In this document: in pieces, positions 9,281 to 17,493 of the stretch
How positions within the stretch are numbered: position 1 is the stretch's first letter
How the letters are laid out: each line of letters opens with the position of its first letter
Assembly: GCA_963707635.1 (NCBI GenBank)
Contig: OY970173.1
Coordinates: 2,784,001 to 2,848,000 of the forward strand
DNA length: 64,000 nt
Direction of reading: 5' to 3'
Origin: Candidatus Latescibacterota bacterium
GTDB taxonomy: Bacteria > Krumholzibacteriota > Krumholzibacteriia > WVZY01 > JAKEHA01
The notes under the pieces: generated by a model
What the model was told of the DNA's origin: nothing
Database searches by the model: none
The model's input: only the letters and a program-made list of their open reading frames with translations
Translations under genes and position numbers: made by a program

Positions 9281-11137
9281 CGTCAGCGTAAACAGCTGGA
9301 AGCTGTCCGCGAGCCGCTCCTTCCCCATCAGCGGGTCGTGCCGGTAGCTGTACGACGACTCGAGCTTGCCCGTCAGGTAGTCACACACCTGCGCATTCAG
9401 CAGATTGCCGCCTCCCCCGCCGAATCCGATCTTGGGACGCGCCGCGTGCGCGGCCGAAATGTGCCGTTCGGCGAGCTGGCGCAGCACGTATTTCGGGGAC
9501 CCGTTCCGCTCCTTGAGACGATCGGACAGCGACAGGGCGAAGTTCATGACGTCGATATCGAGCATCGGCGCGCGTCCTTCGATACCGGACGTCATGGTAA
9601 AGTTGTCGATCCGGTTGAGCAGGAGCTCCGCCCACCGGAAGCTCGTGTTCCACAACACGCTCAAGGCCGACTTGCTGTAGGCCGCGGGATCGTCCACCCA
9701 GGAGGAGATGCTCGCGTTCAGGAGCGAAAACTTGGTGTCGCGCGGGCGGGCATGGTACTTCTTCCAGACAATGCGCTGCGCCTGATAATTGAAAAACGGC
9801 TCATAGAGAAAGTCGCGCAGGACGACCCCGCTCGCGGCCGTGTCCAGGTTGTCGGCCAGGTAGGAGAGCCGGCTCTTGCGCGTGTCGGGGGCGAACATGC
9901 GCGCCACCCGGGCGCACAGCGGCAGCATCGCGCCGGCCCGTTTCATGCGCTCCAGTTTCGCCCAGCCCGCGTTCAGGTACGACAGGTAGCCGTTGTAGCC
10001 CATGAACAACTCGTCCGCGCCCTCACCGGTTTCGACCACGATCACGCCGCTGGCCCGCGCCAGCTCGGAGAGCTTCGCCAGCAGCACCGACTCCGTCATC
10101 CCCAGCGTGCTGTTCGGCAGAACCACTTCGTCGAGAATGCGAGTGTACTCGGCGGTGTCAAGCTGGATGGAATGGTGGTTCGTGCGGTAGCGCTTCGCCA
10201 CCTCCGACGCCATTTCCGTCTCCCGTTTCGATTCCGCGGATTGCGCCAGGTCGATCGAGATGGTGTTGACGCGATCGGTGTGCTTCGACATGTAGTGCAC
10301 GATGAGGGCCGAGTCGATCCCGCCCGAAAGAAACACTCCGAACGGGACGTCGCTGATCATGCGCTTCTCGACCGCCTTGTCCAGCAGGCGGTCCAGCGTG
10401 TCGACCGCATCCTCGCGGTCGTTGAGCTCGGTCTTCTTCGTGAGCGCGAAGTCGAAGAACCGCGTCGCCGGGGCCGACGGCGAGAAGGTCGAGTCCACCA
10501 CGCGATAGGACCCGGGTTCGAGCTTATGGATGTCCTTGAAGAGTGAGTTCGGCGCGCTCACGCCTCCCATCGCGAGAATCGAGTACAGCCCGTCGATGCT
10601 GATCCCCTTGCGGTAGTCCCGGTCTTTGGAGATCACCCCGGGATCGCTCGCGATGACGAGGTTGCGGCCGATCAGCGCGTAGTAGAGCGGCTTTTTCCCG
10701 ACCGGGTCGCGGGCGATGATCGCGCGTTGCTTGTCGTCGTCGACGATGATCAGCGCGAACATGCCTTCCAGCATCCGCAGGCAGTCCGTGCCGTGCTGCC
10801 GGTACAGATGCAGGATCACCTCGGTGTCCGAGGTCGAAACGAAAGAGACGCCGCGCGCGGCCAGGTCGTCCCGCAGCCGCCGGTAGTTGTATATCTCGCC
10901 GTTGTAGCAAACGTGGGTCTTGCCGTCCGGGCTGCTCATGGGCTGGCTGCCCCGCTCGGACAGGTCGATGATGCACAGCCGGCGATGCGCGAGGATCCAG
11001 TCGCGGCGGGCGCCTTCCGCGTACCCGCTCGAGTCGGGACCCCGGTTGCGCATCATGTCGCGCAGCGCGAGGACTTCGTCTTGGGAGCGTCCCACCGGCT
11101 GGTGGTCGAGGTTGTAATACCCGAGGATTCCGCACAT
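9248..11137 (-). CDS. asnB: Asparagine synthase (glutamine-hydrolysing)-family amidotransferase
   Basis: 'MCGILG' Ntn start, 'RGPD', 'NGEIYNY', 'LSGGIDS', 'TGEGADELFMGY'. Confidence 0.92.
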   Translation of the reverse strand: MCGILGYYNLDHQPVGRSQDEVLALRDMMRNRGPDSSGYAEGARRDWILAHRRLCIIDLSERGSQPMSSPDGKTHVCYNGEIYNYRRLRDDLAARGVSFVSTSDTEVILHLYRQHGTDCLRMLEGMFALIIVDDDKQRAIIARDPVGKKPLYYALIGRNLVIASDPGVISKDRDYRKGISIDGLYSILAMGGVSAPNSLFKDIHKLEPGSYRVVDSTFSPSAPATRFFDFALTKKTELNDREDAVDTLDRLLDKAVEKRMISDVPFGVFLSGGIDSALIVHYMSKHTDRVNTISIDLAQSAESKRETEMASEVAKRYRTNHHSIQLDTAEYTRILDEVVLPNSTLGMTESVLLAKLSELARASGVIVVETGEGADELFMGYNGYLSYLNAGWAKLERMKRAGAMLPLCARVARMFAPDTRKSRLSYLADNLDTAASGVVLRDFLYEPFFNYQAQRIVWKKYHARPRDTKFSLLNASISSWVDDPAAYSKSALSVLWNTSFRWAELLLNRIDNFTMTSGIEGRAPMLDIDVMNFALSLSDRLKERNGSPKYVLRQLAERHISAAHAARPKIGFGGGGGNLLNAQVCDYLTGKLESSYSYRHDPLMGKERLADSFQLFTLTSFHTWLDTWM

Positions 11138-11186
11138 AGGGGGTGCTTCATGATAGCACTTTCCCGGCCGCGAGATATCCACATTG

Positions 11187-11543
11187 CTATTCAGTGCTCG
11201 TGAGGCCCTCCATCAGCGCCCACGTCATCATGGCCAGCGCGAGAATCATCGCGACGGGCGTGTGCGCGATGAGCGCTCCGATCCCGCTCGCCGCGATGGA
11301 GCTCAAGTGCTGCACTGCATTCTCCCGAATCCAGGAGCCGTTCCATACCAAGAGCACGAGGAGCTCGGTCAAGGCGACCCCGGCGAAGGCCGCCATCTGG
11401 AGCCGGCCCAGGCGTGCCCGGTGCGCCTGCTGCCGACCGTACTCCGCGTGCAGCCAGACCACCGAGTAAGGCGGCGGCGAAGGGGCTCCGTCGGCGGCTT
11501 GCTTTGCAACCAGATCCATCGCTTCAGTGATGGTGAGCTTCAC
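11187..11543 (-). CDS. Small membrane protein, putative anti-sigma factor
   Basis: Overlaps the ECF sigma stop codon; two hydrophobic segments. Confidence 0.55.
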   Translation of the reverse strand: MKLTITEAMDLVAKQAADGAPSPPPYSVVWLHAEYGRQQAHRARLGRLQMAAFAGVALTELLVLLVWNGSWIRENAVQHLSSIAASGIGALIAHTPVAMILALAMMTWALMEGLTSTE

Positions 11544-12046
11544 GGTGCGTCCTCCGATTCGATGCCCATGTGCCGCAGCAGCTCCACAAACCGCGCGCGC
11601 GCCCGAAACAGCAGGACCCGCACGCTCCTCTCTCCGACGTTCGTCATGCGCGCGATGTCGCGGTGCCCGTAGCCTTCGACGTGCGCGAGCCAGAGCAGCG
11701 CGCGCTGTTTCGGCGCGAGCCGCCCAAACGCCTCGCCCACGTCGAGGCCGAGATCAACGCGGTTGTGGCCCGGCGCCGGCTGCTGTTCTGCCGCTGAATC
11801 GTCGTCGTCCTGCACTTCGCGCGCGCCCCGGCGCCAGTGATCGTGCATGAGGTTGGTCGCAATACGATAGAGATAGGCCTTTGCTTCGGGAGTCCGGGAT
11901 CCGCGCTTCACGACCTGCAGCATGCGAATATACGCCTCCTGGGTGATGTCATCCGCCACCGCGGGCTCGCGGACGCCCCTGGCGACGTAGGCCCACAGCG
12001 GGCGATAGGTCGCTTCGTAGAAGGCGGCGAATGCGGACTCCTCCAT
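11540..12046 (-). CDS. ECF (sigma-70 group 4) RNA polymerase sigma factor
   Basis: 'ADDITQEAYIR', 'YLYRIATNLMHDHWRR', region 4 'EGYGHRDIA...VRVLLFRAR'. Confidence 0.92.
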   Translation of the reverse strand: MEESAFAAFYEATYRPLWAYVARGVREPAVADDITQEAYIRMLQVVKRGSRTPEAKAYLYRIATNLMHDHWRRGAREVQDDDDSAAEQQPAPGHNRVDLGLDVGEAFGRLAPKQRALLWLAHVEGYGHRDIARMTNVGERSVRVLLFRARARFVELLRHMGIESEDAP

Positions 12047-12055
12047 CGTTTCGCG

Positions 12056-12505
12056 TCAATTCCAGCGTTTCGACATGAGATGGGACACGGCCGCGCTGAC
12101 CAGCAGCGCTACCCCGCAGCTAATGAAGATCGTTCCCCAGTTGTTCAACCCGATCGCCTCGTTGACAAAATTGATATCGGTCATGCCACGATAGCGGAGC
12201 GCGTTCAGCATGAAGGCGCCACCCAGCGCGGCCAGAATGAATCCGCCCAGCACGAGCCGGCGCGCGCGCAACGCCGGGTGAGCCGGCGACGCCAGCGGGT
12301 CTTCCAGGAGCCGCCGGCCGGTTTCGGTCTGCAGGAAATCGATCAGCTCCCTGGCGGTTCCGAACTTGTCGATCAGACGGTTGAAGGTTTCGTTTCGCTG
12401 CATCCGGGCATGCACCTGGAGCTGGTGACGCTTGAACAGAAGCCACAGCACCCAGCCGGCCAGAAGCGGCGCAGCAGCGATCAGGATGACGTCTTCGAGG
12501 ACCAT
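12056..12505 (-). CDS. Hypothetical membrane protein (3 TM)
   Basis: Three hydrophobic segments; co-oriented between the S41 peptidase and the ECF sigma. Confidence 0.65.
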   Translation of the reverse strand: MVLEDVILIAAAPLLAGWVLWLLFKRHQLQVHARMQRNETFNRLIDKFGTARELIDFLQTETGRRLLEDPLASPAHPALRARRLVLGGFILAALGGAFMLNALRYRGMTDINFVNEAIGLNNWGTIFISCGVALLVSAAVSHLMSKRWN

Positions 12506-12544
12506 GGATTGTTCTCCCGTTCGGGTTGGTCGTTATCTATGGGA

Positions 12545-13669
12545 CTACTTGCCGCTCTGTGCGGTTTCATCTTTCATTTCGCCGATCAGCATGTTCAGAA
12601 ACTCCGCGCGCCGGCCCTCCGTGGTCTCCAGCAGCTTTTCGAGCGAGAGCCGGTGGGCCGTCCGAACCGCCACGTCGCTCGCCGCGGCCACATCGGGCGT
12701 GATTCCAACTCCCTCCCAGTTGGACCCGGTCAGCGGGCTGGTCGTGTTCCCGACCGGAATCATCACGGCGAAATGGCTGTCGACCTGAAAGATCTTTGCG
12801 AAGTGGGCGCCGCCGCGTGTCTGCTGACCGACGACCACGGCGCGGCCGGCTTTCTGCATGCTGTATGTGAACTGTTCGGCAGCCGAAAACGTTCGCTCGC
12901 CGGTCAGGATGAAGACCGGCTTGGAGACATAGCGTGGCCCCGGCACATACGGGAGCGTCCAGCTCTGGCTCGTCTCGCCGGAGAGGCGGTCGAAGAAATC
13001 TACAAGATGCATCGGTTCGCCGTCGAAGAAATAGCTGGTGAGCAACGTCACCATGTCTCCGCGCCCGCCTCCGTTGAAGCGCAGGTCGATCAGGAGCGCG
13101 TCGGTATTGGAAAGGAAGCGCATCGCCGCCGTGAGGGTCTCGCCCGCGATCGCGGGGTCTTCGAACTTGGTTAGCTTCAGGTAGCCGACGTTCCCGTCGA
13201 GGTGCTCGGCGCGCTCGATGCCGAAGTTCTGCCGGGTGGCGTCGAGGCGGCGCTGCGCCGTCTCCTCCGCGGACGGCTCGCCGGCCGTCTCCCGCAGCGG
13301 CCGCGGCTCGGCCGAGAACATCACTTTTAGATGCCGGTCCGGTGTGACGGCCTGCATATCCGCCGTCAGACGTGCCGCGAGGTCGGCCGCGCTCTTGACG
13401 TCGTCGTACGCCCCATCCTTGAAACGCTTCCGTATCGAGCGGGCAATCTCGGCGGCGAGGTCCGGAAAAACGTAGTTCGCGTCCGCAAACCCCGCGACCG
13501 CCTGGATCACGTTCGCGCGCAGCGCTTTGTCGACCGGGAGATCGGCTGCCGCCTGGGCGCGGGCGGGTGCGGCGGCAGCCAACAGGGCACATACGATGGC
13601 GCCCGCGGCAACCAGAAACCGGGTCCATGCGGGCAGTCGGCGCATCAGGGAATTGAACAGGGTGCTCAT
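12545..13669 (-). CDS. S41 family peptidase (IRBP/tail-specific protease-like), secreted
   Basis: 'GNVGYLKL', 'IDLRFNGGG', 'TFSAAEQF', 'VVGQQTRGGAH', 'WEGVGITPDV'; signal peptide. Confidence 0.92.
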   Translation of the reverse strand: MSTLFNSLMRRLPAWTRFLVAAGAIVCALLAAAAPARAQAAADLPVDKALRANVIQAVAGFADANYVFPDLAAEIARSIRKRFKDGAYDDVKSAADLAARLTADMQAVTPDRHLKVMFSAEPRPLRETAGEPSAEETAQRRLDATRQNFGIERAEHLDGNVGYLKLTKFEDPAIAGETLTAAMRFLSNTDALLIDLRFNGGGRGDMVTLLTSYFFDGEPMHLVDFFDRLSGETSQSWTLPYVPGPRYVSKPVFILTGERTFSAAEQFTYSMQKAGRAVVVGQQTRGGAHFAKIFQVDSHFAVMIPVGNTTSPLTGSNWEGVGITPDVAAASDVAVRTAHRLSLEKLLETTEGRRAEFLNMLIGEMKDETAQSGK

Positions 13670-14047
13670 GGACGGATCCTCTCTCAAGAAGGGTGAGGCA
13701 TGTGTTCGTTACACCATCGGGACGAAGGAGGGGGGCCAATGGTTAACACGCCCGTTGGACCCACGCGGACGTCCGCCGGTGCACGGAGCCGCCCATTGAT
13801 TCCCACGCCGGGAAGTGGTAAAGTCGGGCCCGCTTGGCGTCACGCTTGGGCCAGTCAGCCACACAAACCCGGTAGGGTACCCGCATGGAACGGCATCTCT
13901 GGCGGTGGCAGTCCCGGCAGTACTCATTCCACCTCCGCGGCAAGCACTCCTTGCCGATCGTTACACTTCACCGTGGTCCTCGATCGGATCATCCACGCCG
14001 CTCCTTTCCGGGCGGCTCTGCTCGTTCACATTAAGGAGGAATCCTTC

Positions 14048-17000
14048 ATGACACGCCCCCTGAAGTTTTGCTCGCCAGGTGTACTCGCGGCGTCAATCGC
14101 CGTCGTTGCGCTCCTGTTTGCTGCGGTCCCCGGCTTCGCGAACCCCGCGATGCAGGGGGTCATCAAGACATTCACACAGCCCGACCAGAGCCGGGTCGAC
14201 CTGCGGCTCTGGGGCGACGAGTACGCGAATGGGTGGGAGACGCTGGACGGATACACCGTCCTCCTCAATCAGGCGACGGGCTACTGGGAGTACGCCATGC
14301 GTGACCCCGACGGCATCCTCGCCCTGTCGGGGCAGCGCGTGGGACTCGATGCTCCTTCGCAGATGCTCCACCTGCGCCCGACCGAACAGTCGCTGAGCGA
14401 CGCCTACCGGACCAAGGGGGTCGTCGACTTTCCGACCATCCCCCGTCTTCCCATGGCCCCGCCCTGGGCGACCGGAAGCACGAACGTGCTGGTGATTCTG
14501 GTCCAGTTCCCGGCGGACGCGGGGGATCCCAACGGCGCCCAGCCGGCGGTGCCCGCGTCGTTCACCGCGGCCCAGGTTCAGGCCAACCTGTTCGGAGGCA
14601 CGTCGACCGGCCCCGGGAACATGACGGACTACTACAACGAGATCTCGTTCAATAACCTCAACCTGGTCGGCACGGTCGTGGGACCGTTCACGGTCGCGAA
14701 CGACAAGAACGACTACGACGACGGTCCGAGCAACGCGAAGGTCATGGTCGCCCAGGCGATCGCGCTGGCCGATGCGTCGGTCGACTTCGCCCCCTTCGAC
14801 AACGACGGGAATGGCGAAGTGGACATGGTCGCGATCGCGTACGCGGGCAACGGCCCCGACAACGGGCTTTACGACGGCGCGGATCCGGATGTCAACGACC
14901 TGTGGCCGCACGCGTCGTCGATCGGCTCGGTCAACGTCGACGGCGGCGCCCGTCACATCACCCAGTATTTCATCGCCCCCGAGTTGTCCAGCAACTTGCC
15001 GCGCCTGCGGACCATCGGCGTCTACTGCCACGAGTTCGGCCACAAGCTCGGCTTGCCGGACCTCTACGACACCGACGGATCCTCCGACGGCGTCGGGCAC
15101 TGGAGCCTGATGGGCTCCGGCAGCTGGTGCAGCAACACGCCCGGCTCCGAGAACGGCGAATCGCCCAGCCACATGGACCCCTGGTGCAAGTGGTGGGAGG
15201 GCTGGATTACGCCGGTGGACCGCACGGACGCACATGTCGCGCAGGCGCTCGCGCCGGCAGCGACCAACGCGGACGCGGTGCGCCTCCTGGCGAACTCCGG
15301 CGGCCCGAACGACTGGCCCGGCGGCTCGGGCCAGTATTTCCTGATCGAAAATCGCCAGCGGGTCGGCTTCGACCGGGGTATCGACGCGTGCGGCATTCTG
15401 GTCTGGCACGTCGACGAGTCGCTGACCCACAACAAGAACGAGGGACACACCTCGGGGTCCCACCGCCTCCTCGACCTCGAGGAAGCCCACGGCGGGACCC
15501 AGGACCTCGACAACGGCAACAATCGCGGCGATTCCGGCGACTCGTTCCCGGGATCGAGCAACAAGCTGCTATGGGACGATAGCACCGATCCGAGCGCCCG
15601 ACTTTACAACGGCGATCCCTCGGACCAGACCATGCGCATCGTCACTACGAGTTGCGGCGGGTCCATGACCGTCAGCTTCAACAACGCGCCCCCGGTGGCC
15701 GATGCCGGCACCGACATCACCGCCGAATGCACCTCGCCGACCACCACGCCGGTCCAGCTCAACGGCACCGGTTCCAGCGATCCGGACAGCGACGCGTTGA
15801 CGTATACCTGGTCCGCACTCGGCATCACGTTCGATGATATCCACTCGGCGACGCCGACCGGGCAGTTCCCGGACGGGTCGACAGTCGTGACCCTGACCGT
15901 TTCCGACGGGGCCCTGACGGATGACGACCAGGTGCTGGTCACGATCGAGGACACGACCCCGCCGGTGATTACCTGCCCCGGCGACGTCGTTGTCGAGTGC
16001 TCGAGTCATTGCGGGACGGTAAAGGAGGACCCGCAGCTGGTGCTGTTCTTCGCGGGCGCATCGGCCATCGACACCTGCGATCCGACCCTGACCATCACCA
16101 ACGACGCACCCCCCTGCTTCCCCGAGGGCGAGACCACGGTCACGTTCTCGACAAAGGACGACGACAACAACCCAGCGTCGTGCACGGCGAAGGTCACGGT
16201 CGTAGACACCACCCCGCCGGAAATCGACGTCGTGCTGAACCGTGACGTCCTCTGGCCGCCCAACCACAAGCTCGTCGAGGTCTGCGCCGAGGTAACGGTG
16301 ACGGACATCTGCGACGACAGCCCGACGTTCACCCTGTTCAGCGTCGAGTCGAGCGAGCCGGACAACACCAAGGGGGACGGCAACACGGTCGACGACATCC
16401 AGGACGACGACCTCGGGACGGCGGATGAGTGCTTCAAGCTCCGCTCGGAACGCATGGGCGGGGGCGACGGTCGCAAGTACACGGTGATCTATCAGGGGAA
16501 GGACGAGTCCAACAACGTCGCCTACGACACCGTGTGCGTCCGTGTGCCGCACGACCAGTCCGGCCATGCGCTGGCGTCACAGGGCTTCAGCGCGAATGGC
16601 AAGGCCCTGACCGGTTTGACGGACAAGGTGGCGGTGATCATTACGGCGAGTGCGGGCATGGATGTGGCGACGGTGGATGTCTCTGACATCTACCTGGGGA
16701 ACACGGACGGGGTGCTCAAGCCGATGGGCACGCGCACCGGGGACGCCAACAAGGATGGTTTGCCGGACCTGATCCTGTTCTTTGACGCCAATGGCGTCAC
16801 GCAGCGCCTCGCCGGTCCGGCGACTTCCGGCGGCGAAGGCATTGTGGGGATCAACGGAGCCCTGCGGAGTGGGCCTGTGGGTATCCACTTCGTCTCACCG
16901 GGTGAAGAGGATTACCTGATTGCGAACGTCTTCGCCCTGGGCGCTCCGGTGCCGCTGCCCTCGTTCGTCACCGAGCCTCCCGACCCACTCGGCCGGGGCA

Positions 17001-17299
17001 TACCGACGGTCCAGGTGGTACGGGAGACGGCGCTTTCGTCGATCCATCCCAATCCGTTCAATCCGCAAACGACGGTGGAGTTCGCCCTGTCGTCCCCGCA
17101 GCACGTGCGGATCATGATCTACGACGTGCGGGGCTCGCTGGTGCATCGACTGGTGGACCAGTCGATGGGCGCGGGCGAGCATCGCGCGGTGTGGAAAGGC
17201 GTCGACGATGCCGGACGGCCGGCGACGTCGGGTATCTACTTCGTGCGGATGGTCGCGGGGTCGTATGAACAGACCCGCAAGATCGTGATGCTGAAGTAG
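14048..17299 (+). CDS. M6 (immune inhibitor A-like) metalloprotease with PKD/HYR-like domains and FlgD-Ig CTD
   Basis: RBS AAGGAGG at 14033; 'GDE' propeptide; 'CHEFGHKLGLPDLYD', 'WSLMGSGSW', 'YFLIENRQ'; 'HPNPFNP...RKIVMLK'. Confidence 0.92.
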   Translation: MTRPLKFCSPGVLAASIAVVALLFAAVPGFANPAMQGVIKTFTQPDQSRVDLRLWGDEYANGWETLDGYTVLLNQATGYWEYAMRDPDGILALSGQRVGLDAPSQMLHLRPTEQSLSDAYRTKGVVDFPTIPRLPMAPPWATGSTNVLVILVQFPADAGDPNGAQPAVPASFTAAQVQANLFGGTSTGPGNMTDYYNEISFNNLNLVGTVVGPFTVANDKNDYDDGPSNAKVMVAQAIALADASVDFAPFDNDGNGEVDMVAIAYAGNGPDNGLYDGADPDVNDLWPHASSIGSVNVDGGARHITQYFIAPELSSNLPRLRTIGVYCHEFGHKLGLPDLYDTDGSSDGVGHWSLMGSGSWCSNTPGSENGESPSHMDPWCKWWEGWITPVDRTDAHVAQALAPAATNADAVRLLANSGGPNDWPGGSGQYFLIENRQRVGFDRGIDACGILVWHVDESLTHNKNEGHTSGSHRLLDLEEAHGGTQDLDNGNNRGDSGDSFPGSSNKLLWDDSTDPSARLYNGDPSDQTMRIVTTSCGGSMTVSFNNAPPVADAGTDITAECTSPTTTPVQLNGTGSSDPDSDALTYTWSALGITFDDIHSATPTGQFPDGSTVVTLTVSDGALTDDDQVLVTIEDTTPPVITCPGDVVVECSSHCGTVKEDPQLVLFFAGASAIDTCDPTLTITNDAPPCFPEGETTVTFSTKDDDNNPASCTAKVTVVDTTPPEIDVVLNRDVLWPPNHKLVEVCAEVTVTDICDDSPTFTLFSVESSEPDNTKGDGNTVDDIQDDDLGTADECFKLRSERMGGGDGRKYTVIYQGKDESNNVAYDTVCVRVPHDQSGHALASQGFSANGKALTGLTDKVAVIITASAGMDVATVDVSDIYLGNTDGVLKPMGTRTGDANKDGLPDLILFFDANGVTQRLAGPATSGGEGIVGINGALRSGPVGIHFVSPGEEDYLIANVFALGAPVPLPSFVTEPPDPLGRGIPTVQVVRETALSSIHPNPFNPQTTVEFALSSPQHVRIMIYDVRGSLVHRLVDQSMGAGEHRAVWKGVDDAGRPATSGIYFVRMVAGSYEQTRKIVMLK

Positions 17300-17329
17300 C
17301 CCGCGCGTCTCTTTGAGATTCTTCGATGA

Positions 17330-17369
17330 CCCGGCGTCGAGTGGGAGACTCGATGCCGGGTTTTCGTTT
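17330..17369 (+). terminator. Intrinsic terminator
   Basis: CCCGGCGTCGAGT-loop-ACTCGATGCCGGG hairpin followed by TTTTCGTTT, just after the M6 gene. Confidence 0.75.
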
Positions 17370-17493
17370 GTGAGGAAACAGATTCTTCAGCGGCGTGTCC
17401 AAAGAAGCACAATACCTTGCGATCTTCTATTGTGGTATACTCCGATGGATGTAAATAGCAACCCGGCCCTCGCCCACGCCGCGTGCGGTAGGA

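Noticed and set aside
13700..14047. Riboswitch or 116-aa N-terminal extension upstream of the M6 protease
   Set aside because: A strong RBS and signal peptide place the start at 14048; I could not match the leader to a known riboswitch consensus.
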